DNA of 64,000 bases from the human T2T-CHM13v2.0 reference genome, Homo sapiens: assembly GCF_009914755.1 (NCBI RefSeq), contig NC_060929.1; one strand, 5' to 3'. The notes beneath the pieces are model-generated. The model saw only the letters and a program-made list of their open reading frames with translations. It did no database searches and was not told the origin of the DNA. Positions 29,201-44,200 of this stretch are shown in pieces. Every line of letters starts with the position of its first letter. Positions within the stretch are counted from its first letter, which is position 1. The translations under genes were made by a program, and so were the position numbers.

Positions 29201-32200
29201 GCAGTTAGGAAACACTCTGTTTGTAAAGTCTGCAAGTGGATATTGAGACCTCTTTGAGGCCTTCGTTGGAAACGGGTTTTTTTCATATAAGGCTAGACAG
29301 AAGGATTCCCAGTAACTTCCTTGTGTTGTGTGTGTTCAACTCACAGAGTTGAACTTTCATTTACAAAGAGCAGATTTGAAACACTCTTTTTGTGGAATTT
29401 GCAAGTGGAGATTTCAAGCGCTTTGAGGCCAAAGGCAGAAAAGGAAATATCTTCGTATAAAAACTAGACAGAATCATTCTCAGAAACTGCTCTGCGATGT
29501 GTGCGTTCAACTCTCAGAGTTTAACTTTTCTTTTCATTCAGCAGTTTGGAAACACTCTGTTTTTAAAGTCTGCACGTGGATAATTTGACCACTTAGAGGC
29601 CTTCGTTGGAAACGGGTTTTTTTCATGTAAGGCTAGACAGAAGAATTCTCAGTAACTTCCTTGTGTTGTGTGTATTCAACTCACAGAGTTGAACGATCCT
29701 TTACACAGAGCAGACTTGTAACACTCTTTTTGTGGAATTTGCAAGTGGAGATTTCAGCCGCTTTGAAGTCAAAGGTAGAAAAGGAAATATCTTCCTATAA
29801 AAACTAGACAGAATGATTCTCAGAAACTCCTTTGTGATGTGTGCATTCAACTCACAGAGTTTAACCTTTCTTTTCATAGAGCAGTTAGGAAACACTCTGC
29901 TTGTAAAGTCTGCAAGTGGATATTCAGCCCTCTTTGAGGCCTTCGTTGGAAACGGGTTTTTTTCATATAAGGCTATACAGAAGAATTCCCAGTAACTTCC
30001 TTGTGATGTGTGTGTTCAACTCACAGAGTTGAACTTTCATTTACACAGAGCAGATTTGAAACACTCTTTTTGTGGAATTTGCAAGTGGAGATTTCAAGCG
30101 CTTTGAGGCCAAAGGCAGAAAAGGAAATATCTTCGTATAAAAACTAGACAGAATCATTCTCAGAAACTGCTCTGCGATGTGTGCGTTCAACTCTCAGAGT
30201 TTAACTTTTCTTTTCATTCAGCAGTTTGGAAACACTCTGTTTGTAAAGTCTGCACGTGGATATTTTGACCACTTAGAGGCCTTCGTTGGAAACGGGTTTT
30301 TTTCCTGTAAGGCTAGACAGAAGAATTCCCAGTAACTTCCTTGTGTTGTGTACATTCAACTCACAGAGTTGAACGTTCCCTTAGACAGAGCAGATTTGAA
30401 ACACTCTTTTTGTGCAATTGGCAAGTGGAGATTTCAAGCGCTTTAAGGTCAATGGCAGAAAAGGAAATATCTTCGTTTCAAAACTAGACAGAATCATTCC
30501 CACAAACTGCGTTGTGATGTGTTCGTTCAACTCACAGAGTTTAACCTTTCTTTTCATAGAGCAGTTAGGAAACACTCTGTTTGTAAATTCTGTAAGTGGA
30601 TATTCTGACATCTTGTGGCCTTCGTTGGAAACGGGATTTCTTCATATTCTGCTAGACAGAAGAATTCTCAGAATCTTCCTTGTGTTGTGTGTATTCAACT
30701 CACACAGTTGAACGATGGTTTACACAGAGCAGATTTGAAACACTCTTTTTGTGGAATTTGCAAGTGGAGATTTCAGCCGCGTTGAGGTCAATGGTAGAAA
30801 AGGAAATATCTTCGTATAAAAACTAGACAGAATGATTCTCAGAAACTCCTTTGTGATGTGTGTGTTCAACTCACAGAGTTTAACATTTCTTTTCATAGAG
30901 CAGTTAGGAAACACTCTGTTTGTAAAGTCTGCAAGTGGATATTCAGACCTCTTTGAGGCCTTCGTTGGAAACGGGTTTTTTTCATATAAGGCTAGACAGA
31001 AGAATTCCCAGTAACTTCCTTGTGTTGTGTGTGATCAACTCACAGAGTTGAACTTTCATTTACACAGAGCAGATTTGAAACACTCTTTTTGTGGAATTTG
31101 CAGGTGGAGATTTCAAGCGCTTTGAGGCCAAAGGCAGAAAAGGAAATATCTTCGTATAAAAACTAGACAGAATCATTCTCAGAAACTGCTCTGCGATGTG
31201 TGCGTTCAACTCTCAGAGTTTAACTTTTCTTTTCATTCAGCAGTTTGGAAACACTCTGTTTGTAAAGTCTGCACGTGGATAATTTGACCACTTAGAGGCC
31301 TTCCTTGGAAACGGGTTTTTTTCATGTAAGGCTAGACAGAAGAATTCTCAGTAACTTCCTTGTGTTGTGTGTATTCAACTCACAGAGTTGAACGATCCTT
31401 TACACAGAGCAGACTTGTAACACTCTTTTTGTGGAATTTGCAAGTGGAGATTTCAGCCGCTTTGAAGTCAAAGGTAGAAAAGGAAATATCTTCCTATAAA
31501 AACTAGACAGAATGATTCTCAGAAACTCCTTTGTGATGTGTACGTTCAACTCACAGAGTTTAACCTTTCTTTTCATAGAGCAGTTAGGAAACACTCTGTT
31601 TGTAAAGTCTGCAAGTGGATATTGAGACCTCTTTGAGGCCTTCGTTGGAAACGGGTTTTTTTCATATAAGGCTAGACAGAAGGATTCCCAGTAACTTCCT
31701 TGTGTTGTGTGTGTTCAACTCACAGAGTTGAACTTTCATTTACAAAGAGCAGATTTGAAACACTCTTTTTGTGGAATTTGCAAGTGGAGATTTCAAGCGC
31801 TTTGAGGCCAAAGGCAGAAAAGGAAATATCTTCGTATAAAAACTAGACAGAATCATTCTCAGAAACTGCTCTGCGATGTGTGCGTTCAACTCTCAGAGTT
31901 TAACTTTTCTTTTCATTCAGCAGTTTGGAAACACTCTGTTTTTAAAGTCTGCACGTGGATAATTTGACCACTTAGAGGCCTTCGTTGGAAACGGGTTTTT
32001 TTCATGTAAGGCTAGACAGAAGAATTCTCAGTAACTTCCTTGTGTTGTGTGTATTCAACTCACAGAGTTGAACGATCCTTTACACAGAGCAGACTTGTAA
32101 CACTCTTTTTGTGGAATTTGCAAGTGGAGATTTCAGCCGCTTTGAAGTCAAAGGTAGAAAAGGAAATATCTTCCTATAAAAACTAGACAGAATGATTCTC

Positions 32201-35200
32201 AGAAACTCCTTTGTGATGTGTGCATTCAACTCACAGAGTTTAACCTTTCTTTTCATAGAGCAGTTAGGAAACACTCTGCTTGTAAAGTCTGCAAGTGGAT
32301 ATTCAGCCCTCTTTGAGGCCTTCGTTGGAAACGGGTTTTTTTCATATAAGGCTATACAGAAGAATTCCCAGTAACTTCCTTGTGATGTGTGTGTTCAACT
32401 CACAGAGTTGAACTTTCATTTACACAGAGCAGATTTGAAACACTCTTTTTGTGGAATTTGCAAGTGGAGATTTCAAGCGCTTTGAGGCCAAAGGCAGAAA
32501 AGGAAATATCTTCGTATAAAAACTAGACAGAATCATTCTCAGAAACTGCTCTGCGATGTGTGCGTTCAACTCTCAGAGTTTAACTTTTCTTTTCATTCAG
32601 CAGTTTGGAAACACTCTGTTTGTAAAGTCTGCACGTGGATATTTTGACCACTTAGAGGCCTTCGTTGGAAACGGGTTTTTTTCCTGTAAGGCTAGACAGA
32701 AGAATTCCCAGTAACTTCCTTGTGTTGTGTACATTCAACTCACAGAGTTGAACGTTCCCTTAGACAGAGCAGATTTGAAACACTCTTTTTGTGCAATTGG
32801 CAAGTGGAGATTTCAAGCGCTTTAAGGTCAATGGCAGAAAAGGAAATATCTTCGTTTCAAAACTAGACAGAATCATTCCCACAAACTGCGTTGTGATGTG
32901 TTCGTTCAACTCACAGAGTTTAACCTTTCTTTTCATAGAGCAGTTAGGAAACACTCTGTTTGTAAATTCTGTAAGTGGATATTCTGACATCTTGTGGCCT
33001 TCGTTGGAAACGGGATTTCTTCATATTCTGCTAGACAGAAGAATTCTCAGAATCTTCCTTGTGTTGTGTGTATTCAACTCACACAGTTGAACGATGGTTT
33101 ACACAGAGCAGATTTGAAACACTCTTTTTGTGGAATTTGCAAGTGGAGATTTCAGCCGCGTTGAGGTCAATGGTAGAAAAGGAAATATCTTCGTATAAAA
33201 ACTAGACAGAATGATTCTCAGAAACTCCTTTGTGATGTGTGTGTTCAACTCACAGAGTTTAACATTTCTTTTCATAGAGCAGTTAGGAAACACTCTGTTT
33301 GTAAAGTCTGCAAGTGGATATTCAGACCTCTTTGAGGCCTTCGTTGGAAACGGGTTTTTTTCATATAAGGCTAGACAGAAGAATTCCCAGTAACTTCCTT
33401 GTGTTGTGTGTGATCAACTCACAGAGTTGAACTTTCATTTACACAGAGCAGATTTGAAACACTCTTTTTGTGGAATTTGCAGGTGGAGATTTCAAGCGCT
33501 TTGAGGCCAAAGGCAGAAAAGGAAATATCTTCGTATAAAAACTAGACAGAATCATTCTCAGAAACTGCTCTGCGATGTGTGCGTTCAACTCTCAGAGTTT
33601 AACTTTTCTTTTCATTCAGCAGTTTGGAAACACTCTGTTTGTAAAGTCTGCACGTGGATAATTTGACCACTTAGAGGCCTTCCTTGGAAACGGGTTTTTT
33701 TCATGTAAGGCTAGACAGAAGAATTCTCAGTAACTTCCTTGTGTTGTGTGTATTCAACTCACAGAGTTGAACGATCCTTTACACAGAGCAGACTTGTAAC
33801 ACTCTTTTTGTGGAATTTGCAAGTGGAGATTTCAGCCGCTTTGAAGTCAAAGGTAGAAAAGGAAATATCTTCCTATAAAAACTAGACAGAATGATTCTCA
33901 GAAACTCCTTTGTGATGTGTACGTTCAACTCACAGAGTTTAACCTTTCTTTTCATAGAGCAGTTAGGAAACACTCTGTTTGTAAAGTCTGCAAGTGGATA
34001 TTGAGACCTCTTTGAGGCCTTCGTTGGAAACGGGTTTTTTTCATATAAGGCTAGACAGAAGGATTCCCAGTAACTTCCTTGTGTTGTGTGTGTTCAACTC
34101 ACAGAGTTGAACTTTCATTTACAAAGAGCAGATTTGAAACACTCTTTTTGTGGAATTTGCAAGTGGAGATTTCAAGCGCTTTGAGGCCAAAGGCAGAAAA
34201 GGAAATATCTTCGTATAAAAACTAGACAGAATCATTCTCAGAAACTGCTCTGCGATGTGTGCGTTCAACTCTCAGAGTTTAACTTTTCTTTTCATTCAGC
34301 AGTTTGGAAACACTCTGTTTTTAAAGTCTGCACGTGGATAATTTGACCACTTAGAGGCCTTCGTTGGAAACGGGTTTTTTTCATGTAAGGCTAGACAGAA
34401 GAATTCTCAGTAACTTCCTTGTGTTGTGTGTATTCAACTCACAGAGTTGAACGATCCTTTACACAGAGCAGACTTGTAACACTCTTTTTGTGGAATTTGC
34501 AAGTGGAGATTTCAGCCGCTTTGAAGTCAAAGGTAGAAAAGGAAATATCTTCCTATAAAAACTAGACAGAATGATTCTCAGAAACTCCTTTGTGATGTGT
34601 GCATTCAACTCACAGAGTTTAACCTTTCTTTTCATAGAGCAGTTAGGAAACACTCTGCTTGTAAAGTCTGCAAGTGGATATTCAGCCCTCTTTGAGGCCT
34701 TCGTTGGAAACGGGTTTTTTTCATATAAGGCTATACAGAAGAATTCCCAGTAACTTCCTTGTGATGTGTGTGTTCAACTCACAGAGTTGAACTTTCATTT
34801 ACACAGAGCAGATTTGAAACACTCTTTTTGTGGAATTTGCAAGTGGAGATTTCAAGCGCTTTGAGGCCAAAGGCAGAAAAGGAAATATCTTCGTATAAAA
34901 ACTAGACAGAATCATTCTCAGAAACTGCTCTGCGATGTGTGCGTTCAACTCTCAGAGTTTAACTTTTCTTTTCATTCAGCAGTTTGGAAACACTCTGTTT
35001 GTAAAGTCTGCACGTGGATATTTTGACCACTTAGAGGCCTTCGTTGGAAACGGGTTTTTTTCCTGTAAGGCTAGACAGAAGAATTCCCAGTAACTTCCTT
35101 GTGTTGTGTACATTCAACTCACAGAGTTGAACGTTCCCTTAGACAGAGCAGATTTGAAACACTCTTTTTGTGCAATTGGCAAGTGGAGATTTCAAGCGCT

Positions 35201-38200
35201 TTAAGGTCAATGGCAGAAAAGGAAATATCTTCGTTTCAAAACTAGACAGAATCATTCCCACAAACTGCGTTGTGATGTGTTCGTTCAACTCACAGAGTTT
35301 AACCTTTCTTTTCATAGAGCAGTTAGGAAACACTCTGTTTGTAAATTCTGTAAGTGGATATTCTGACATCTTGTGGCCTTCGTTGGAAACGGGATTTCTT
35401 CATATTCTGCTAGACAGAAGAATTCTCAGAATCTTCCTTGTGTTGTGTGTATTCAACTCACACAGTTGAACGATGGTTTACACAGAGCAGATTTGAAACA
35501 CTCTTTTTGTGGAATTTGCAAGTGGAGATTTCAGCCGCGTTGAGGTCAATGGTAGAAAAGGAAATATCTTCGTATAAAAACTAGACAGAATGATTCTCAG
35601 AAACTCCTTTGTGATGTGTGTGTTCAACTCACAGAGTTTAACATTTCTTTTCATAGAGCAGTTAGGAAACACTCTGTTTGTAAAGTCTGCAAGTGGATAT
35701 TCAGACCTCTTTGAGGCCTTCGTTGGAAACGGGTTTTTTTCATATAAGGCTAGACAGAAGAATTCCCAGTAACTTCCTTGTGTTGTGTGTGATCAACTCA
35801 CAGAGTTGAACTTTCATTTACACAGAGCAGATTTGAAACACTCTTTTTGTGGAATTTGCAGGTGGAGATTTCAAGCGCTTTGAGGCCAAAGGCAGAAAAG
35901 GAAATATCTTCGTATAAAAACTAGACAGAATCATTCTCAGAAACTGCTCTGCGATGTGTGCGTTCAACTCTCAGAGTTTAACTTTTCTTTTCATTCAGCA
36001 GTTTGGAAACACTCTGTTTGTAAAGTCTGCACGTGGATAATTTGACCACTTAGAGGCCTTCCTTGGAAACGGGTTTTTTTCATGTAAGGCTAGACAGAAG
36101 AATTCTCAGTAACTTCCTTGTGTTGTGTGTATTCAACTCACAGAGTTGAACGATCCTTTACACAGAGCAGACTTGTAACACTCTTTTTGTGGAATTTGCA
36201 AGTGGAGATTTCAGCCGCTTTGAAGTCAAAGGTAGAAAAGGAAATATCTTCCTATAAAAACTAGACAGAATGATTCTCAGAAACTCCTTTGTGATGTGTA
36301 CGTTCAACTCACAGAGTTTAACCTTTCTTTTCATAGAGCAGTTAGGAAACACTCTGTTTGTAAAGTCTGCAAGTGGATATTGAGACCTCTTTGAGGCCTT
36401 CGTTGGAAACGGGTTTTTTTCATATAAGGCTAGACAGAAGGATTCCCAGTAACTTCCTTGTGTTGTGTGTGTTCAACTCACAGAGTTGAACTTTCATTTA
36501 CAAAGAGCAGATTTGAAACACTCTTTTTGTGGAATTTGCAAGTGGAGATTTCAAGCGCTTTGAGGCCAAAGGCAGAAAAGGAAATATCTTCGTATAAAAA
36601 CTAGACAGAATCATTCTCAGAAACTGCTCTGCGATGTGTGCGTTCAACTCTCAGAGTTTAACTTTTCTTTTCATTCAGCAGTTTGGAAACACTCTGTTTT
36701 TAAAGTCTGCACGTGGATAATTTGACCACTTAGAGGCCTTCGTTGGAAACGGGTTTTTTTCATGTAAGGCTAGACAGAAGAATTCTCAGTAACTTCCTTG
36801 TGTTGTGTGTATTCAACTCACAGAGTTGAACGATCCTTTACACAGAGCAGACTTGTAACACTCTTTTTGTGGAATTTGCAAGTGGAGATTTCAGCCGCTT
36901 TGAAGTCAAAGGTAGAAAAGGAAATATCTTCCTATAAAAACTAGACAGAATGATTCTCAGAAACTCCTTTGTGATGTGTGCATTCAACTCACAGAGTTTA
37001 ACCTTTCTTTTCATAGAGCAGTTAGGAAACACTCTGCTTGTAAAGTCTGCAAGTGGATATTCAGCCCTCTTTGAGGCCTTCGTTGGAAACGGGTTTTTTT
37101 CATATAAGGCTATACAGAAGAATTCCCAGTAACTTCCTTGTGATGTGTGTGTTCAACTCACAGAGTTGAACTTTCATTTACACAGAGCAGATTTGAAACA
37201 CTCTTTTTGTGGAATTTGCAAGTGGAGATTTCAAGCGCTTTGAGGCCAAAGGCAGAAAAGGAAATATCTTCGTATAAAAACTAGACAGAATCATTCTCAG
37301 AAACTGCTCTGCGATGTGTGCGTTCAACTCTCAGAGTTTAACTTTTCTTTTCATTCAGCAGTTTGGAAACACTCTGTTTGTAAAGTCTGCACGTGGATAT
37401 TTTGACCACTTAGAGGCCTTCGTTGGAAACGGGTTTTTTTCCTGTAAGGCTAGACAGAAGAATTCCCAGTAACTTCCTTGTGTTGTGTACATTCAACTCA
37501 CAGAGTTGAACGTTCCCTTAGACAGAGCAGATTTGAAACACTCTTTTTGTGCAATTGGCAAGTGGAGATTTCAAGCGCTTTAAGGTCAATGGCAGAAAAG
37601 GAAATATCTTCGTTTCAAAACTAGACAGAATCATTCCCACAAACTGCGTTGTGATGTGTTCGTTCAACTCACAGAGTTTAACCTTTCTTTTCATAGAGCA
37701 GTTAGGAAACACTCTGTTTGTAAATTCTGTAAGTGGATATTCTGACATCTTGTGGCCTTCGTTGGAAACGGGATTTCTTCATATTATGCTAGACAGAAGA
37801 ATTCTCAGAATCTTCCTTGTGTTGTGTGTATTCAACTCACACAGTTGAACGATGGTTTACACAGAGCAGATTTGAAACACTCTTTTTGTGGAATTTGCAA
37901 GTGGAGATTTCAGCCGCGTTGAGGTCAATGGTAGAAAAGGAAATATCTTCGTATAAAAACTAGACAGAATGATTCTCAGAAACTCCTTTGTGATGTGTGT
38001 GTTCAACTCACAGAGTTTAACATTTCTTTTCATAGAGCAGTTAGGAAACACTCTGTTTGTAAAGTCTGCAAGTGGATATTCAGACCTCTTTGAGGCCTTC
38101 GTTGGAAACGGGTTTTTTTCATATAAGGCTAGACAGAAGAATTCCCAGTAACTTCCTTGTGTTGTGTGTGATCAACTCACAGAGTTGAACTTTCATTTAC

Positions 38201-41200
38201 ACAGAGCAGATTTGAAACACTCTTTTTGTGGAATTTGCAGGTGGAGATTTCAAGCGCTTTGAGGCCAAAGGCAGAAAAGGAAATATCTTCGTATAAAAAC
38301 TAGACAGAATCATTCTCAGAAACTGCTCTGCGATGTGTGCGTTCAACTCTCAGAGTTTAACTTTTCTTTTCATTCAGCAGTTTGGAAACACTCTGTTTGT
38401 AAAGTCTGCACGTGGATAATTTGACCACTTAGAGGCCTTCCTTGGAAACGGGTTTTTTTCATGTAAGGCTAGACAGAAGAATTCTCAGTAACTTCCTTGT
38501 GTTGTGTGTATTCAACTCACAGAGTTGAACGATCCTTTACACAGAGCAGACTTGTAACACTCTTTTTGTGGAATTTGCAAGTGGAGATTTCAGCCGCTTT
38601 GAAGTCAAAGGTAGAAAAGGAAATATCTTCCTATAAAAACTAGACAGAATGATTCTCAGAAACTCCTTTGTGATGTGTACGTTCAACTCACAGAGTTTAA
38701 CCTTTCTTTTCATAGAGCAGTTAGGAAACACTCTGTTTGTAAAGTCTGCAAGTGGATATTGAGACCTCTTTGAGGCCTTCGTTGGAAACGGGTTTTTTTC
38801 ATATAAGGCTAGACAGAAGGATTCCCAGTAACTTCCTTGTGTTGTGTGTGTTCAACTCACAGAGTTGAACTTTCATTTACAAAGAGCAGATTTGAAACAC
38901 TCTTTTTGTGGAATTTGCAAGTGGAGATTTCAAGCGCTTTGAGGCCAAAGGCAGAAAAGGAAATATCTTCGTATAAAAACTAGACAGAATCATTCTCAGA
39001 AACTGCTCTGCGATGTGTGCGTTCAACTCTCAGAGTTTAACTTTTCTTTTCATTCAGCAGTTTGGAAACACTCTGTTTTTAAAGTCTGCACGTGGATAAT
39101 TTGACCACTTAGAGGCCTTCGTTGGAAACGGGTTTTTTTCATGTAAGGCTAGACAGAAGAATTCTCAGTAACTTCCTTGTGTTGTGTGTATTCAACTCAC
39201 AGAGTTGAACGATCCTTTACACAGAGCAGACTTGTAACACTCTTTTTGTGGAATTTGCAAGTGGAGATTTCAGCCGCTTTGAAGTCAAAGGTAGAAAAGG
39301 AAATATCTTCCTATAAAAACTAGACAGAATGATTCTCAGAAACTCCTTTGTGATGTGTGCATTCAACTCACAGAGTTTAACCTTTCTTTTCATAGAGCAG
39401 TTAGGAAACACTCTGCTTGTAAAGTCTGCAAGTGGATATTCAGCCCTCTTTGAGGCCTTCGTTGGAAACGGGTTTTTTTCATATAAGGCTATACAGAAGA
39501 ATTCCCAGTAACTTCCTTGTGATGTGTGTGTTCAACTCACAGAGTTGAACTTTCATTTACACAGAGCAGATTTGAAACACTCTTTTTGTGGAATTTGCAA
39601 GTGGAGATTTCAAGCGCTTTGAGGCCAAAGGCAGAAAAGGAAATATCTTCGTATAAAAACTAGACAGAATCATTCTCAGAAACTGCTCTGCGATGTGTGC
39701 GTTCAACTCTCAGAGTTTAACTTTTCTTTTCATTCAGCAGTTTGGAAACACTCTGTTTGTAAAGTCTGCACGTGGATATTTTGACCACTTAGAGGCCTTC
39801 GTTGGAAACGGGTTTTTTTCCTGTAAGGCTAGACAGAAGAATTCCCAGTAACTTCCTTGTGTTGTGTACATTCAACTCACAGAGTTGAACGTTCCCTTAG
39901 ACAGAGCAGATTTGAAACACTCTTTTTGTGCAATTGGCAAGTGGAGATTTCAAGCGCTTTAAGGTCAATGGCAGAAAAGGAAATATCTTCGTTTCAAAAC
40001 TAGACAGAATCATTCCCACAAACTGCGTTGTGATGTGTTCGTTCAACTCACAGAGTTTAACCTTTCTTTTCATAGAGCAGTTAGGAAACACTCTGTTTGT
40101 AAATTCTGTAAGTGGATATTCTGACATCTTGTGGCCTTCGTTGGAAACGGGATTTCTTCATATTCTGCTAGACAGAAGAATTCTCAGAATCTTCCTTGTG
40201 TTGTGTGTATTCAACTCACACAGTTGAACGATGGTTTACACAGAGCAGATTTGAAACACTCTTTTTGTGGAATTTGCAAGTGGAGATTTCAGCCGCGTTG
40301 AGGTCAATGGTAGAAAAGGAAATATCTTCGTATAAAAACTAGACAGAATGATTCTCAGAAACTCCTTTGTGATGTGTGTGTTCAACTCACAGAGTTTAAC
40401 ATTTCTTTTCATAGAGCAGTTAGGAAACACTCTGTTTGTAAAGTCTGCAAGTGGATATTCAGACCTCTTTGAGGCCTTCGTTGGAAACGGGTTTTTTTCA
40501 TATAAGGCTAGACAGAAGAATTCCCAGTAACTTCCTTGTGTTGTGTGTGATCAACTCACAGAGTTGAACTTTCATTTACACAGAGCAGATTTGAAACACT
40601 CTTTTTGTGGAATTTGCAGGTGGAGATTTCAAGCGCTTTGAGGCCAAAGGCAGAAAAGGAAATATCTTCGTATAAAAACTAGACAGAATCATTCTCAGAA
40701 ACTGCTCTGCGATGTGTGCGTTCAACTCTCAGAGTTTAACTTTTCTTTTCATTCAGCAGTTTGGAAACACTCTGTTTGTAAAGTCTGCACGTGGATAATT
40801 TGACCACTTAGAGGCCTTCCTTGGAAACGGGTTTTTTTCATGTAAGGCTAGACAGAAGAATTCTCAGTAACTTCCTTGTGTTGTGTGTATTCAACTCACA
40901 GAGTTGAACGATCCTTTACACAGAGCAGACTTGTAACACTCTTTTTGTGGAATTTGCAAGTGGAGATTTCAGCCGCTTTGAAGTCAAAGGTAGAAAAGGA
41001 AATATCTTCCTATAAAAACTAGACAGAATGATTCTCAGAAACTCCTTTGTGATGTGTACGTTCAACTCACAGAGTTTAACCTTTCTTTTCATAGAGCAGT
41101 TAGGAAACACTCTGTTTGTAAAGTCTGCAAGTGGATATTGAGACCTCTTTGAGGCCTTCGTTGGAAACGGGTTTTTTTCATATAAGGCTAGACAGAAGGA

Positions 41201-44200
41201 TTCCCAGTAACTTCCTTGTGTTGTGTGTGTTCAACTCACAGAGTTGAACTTTCATTTACAAAGAGCAGATTTGAAACACTCTTTTTGTGGAATTTGCAAG
41301 TGGAGATTTCAAGCGCTTTGAGGCCAAAGGCAGAAAAGGAAATATCTTCGTATAAAAACTAGACAGAATCATTCTCAGAAACTGCTCTGCGATGTGTGCG
41401 TTCAACTCTCAGAGTTTAACTTTTCTTTTCATTCAGCAGTTTGGAAACACTCTGTTTTTAAAGTCTGCACGTGGATAATTTGACCACTTAGAGGCCTTCG
41501 TTGGAAACGGGTTTTTTTCATGTAAGGCTAGACAGAAGAATTCTCAGTAACTTCCTTGTGTTGTGTGTATTCAACTCACAGAGTTGAACGATCCTTTACA
41601 CAGAGCAGACTTGTAACACTCTTTTTGTGGAATTTGCAAGTGGAGATTTCAGCCGCTTTGAAGTCAAAGGTAGAAAAGGAAATATCTTCCTATAAAAACT
41701 AGACAGAATGATTCTCAGAAACTCCTTTGTGATGTGTGCATTCAACTCACAGAGTTTAACCTTTCTTTTCATAGAGCAGTTAGGAAACACTCTGCTTGTA
41801 AAGTCTGCAAGTGGATATTCAGCCCTCTTTGAGGCCTTCGTTGGAAACGGGTTTTTTTCATATAAGGCTATACAGAAGAATTCCCAGTAACTTCCTTGTG
41901 ATGTGTGTGTTCAACTCACAGAGTTGAACTTTCATTTACACAGAGCAGATTTGAAACACTCTTTTTGTGGAATTTGCAAGTGGAGATTTCAAGCGCTTTG
42001 AGGCCAAAGGCAGAAAAGGAAATATCTTCGTATAAAAACTAGACAGAATCATTCTCAGAAACTGCTCTGCGATGTGTGCGTTCAACTCTCAGAGTTTAAC
42101 TTTTCTTTTCATTCAGCAGTTTGGAAACACTCTGTTTGTAAAGTCTGCACGTGGATATTTTGACCACTTAGAGGCCTTCGTTGGAAACGGGTTTTTTTCC
42201 TGTAAGGCTAGACAGAAGAATTCCCAGTAACTTCCTTGTGTTGTGTACATTCAACTCACAGAGTTGAACGTTCCCTTAGACAGAGCAGATTTGAAACACT
42301 CTTTTTGTGCAATTGGCAAGTGGAGATTTCAAGCGCTTTAAGGTCAATGGCAGAAAAGGAAATATCTTCGTTTCAAAACTAGACAGAATCATTCCCACAA
42401 ACTGCGTTGTGATGTGTTCGTTCAACTCACAGAGTTTAACCTTTCTTTTCATAGAGCAGTTAGGAAACACTCTGTTTGTAAATTCTGTAAGTGGATATTC
42501 TGACATCTTGTGGCCTTCGTTGGAAACGGGATTTCTTCATATTCTGCTAGACAGAAGAATTCTCAGAATCTTCCTTGTGTTGTGTGTATTCAACTCACAC
42601 AGTTGAACGATGGTTTACACAGAGCAGATTTGAAACACTCTTTTTGTGGAATTTGCAAGTGGAGATTTCAGCCGCGTTGAGGTCAATGGTAGAAAAGGAA
42701 ATATCTTCGTATAAAAACTAGACAGAATGATTCTCAGAAACTCCTTTGTGATGTGTGTGTTCAACTCACAGAGTTTAACATTTCTTTTCATAGAGCAGTT
42801 AGGAAACACTCTGTTTGTAAAGTCTGCAAGTGGATATTCAGACCTCTTTGAGGCCTTCGTTGGAAACGGGTTTTTTTCATATAAGGCTAGACAGAAGAAT
42901 TCCCAGTAACTTCCTTGTGTTGTGTGTGATCAACTCACAGAGTTGAACTTTCATTTACACAGAGCAGATTTGAAACACTCTTTTTGTGGAATTTGCAGGT
43001 GGAGATTTCAAGCGCTTTGAGGCCAAAGGCAGAAAAGGAAATATCTTCGTATAAAAACTAGACAGAATCATTCTCAGAAACTGCTCTGCGATGTGTGCGT
43101 TCAACTCTCAGAGTTTAACTTTTCTTTTCATTCAGCAGTTTGGAAACACTCTGTTTGTAAAGTCTGCACGTGGATAATTTGACCACTTAGAGGCCTTCCT
43201 TGGAAACGGGTTTTTTTCATGTAAGGCTAGACAGAAGAATTCTCAGTAACTTCCTTGTGTTGTGTGTATTCAACTCACAGAGTTGAACGATCCTTTACAC
43301 AGAGCAGACTTGTAACACTCTTTTTGTGGAATTTGCAAGTGGAGATTTCAGCCGCTTTGAAGTCAAAGGTAGAAAAGGAAATATCTTCCTATAAAAACTA
43401 GACAGAATGATTCTCAGAAACTCCTTTGTGATGTGTACGTTCAACTCACAGAGTTTAACCTTTCTTTTCATAGAGCAGTTAGGAAACACTCTGTTTGTAA
43501 AGTCTGCAAGTGGATATTGAGACCTCTTTGAGGCCTTCGTTGGAAACGGGTTTTTTTCATATAAGGCTAGACAGAAGGATTCCCAGTAACTTCCTTGTGT
43601 TGTGTGTGTTCAACTCACAGAGTTGAACTTTCATTTACAAAGAGCAGATTTGAAACACTCTTTTTGTGGAATTTGCAAGTGGAGATTTCAAGCGCTTTGA
43701 GGCCAAAGGCAGAAAAGGAAATATCTTCGTATAAAAACTAGACAGAATCATTCTCAGAAACTGCTCTGCGATGTGTGCGTTCAACTCTCAGAGTTTAACT
43801 TTTCTTTTCATTCAGCAGTTTGGAAACACTCTGTTTTTAAAGTCTGCACGTGGATAATTTGACCACTTAGAGGCCTTCGTTGGAAACGGGTTTTTTTCAT
43901 GTAAGGCTAGACAGAAGAATTCTCAGTAACTTCCTTGTGTTGTGTGTATTCAACTCACAGAGTTGAACGATCCTTTACACAGAGCAGACTTGTAACACTC
44001 TTTTTGTGGAATTTGCAAGTGGAGATTTCAGCCGCTTTGAAGTCAAAGGTAGAAAAGGAAATATCTTCCTATAAAAACTAGACAGAATGATTCTCAGAAA
44101 CTCCTTTGTGATGTGTGCATTCAACTCACAGAGTTTAACCTTTCTTTTCATAGAGCAGTTAGGAAACACTCTGCTTGTAAAGTCTGCAAGTGGATATTCA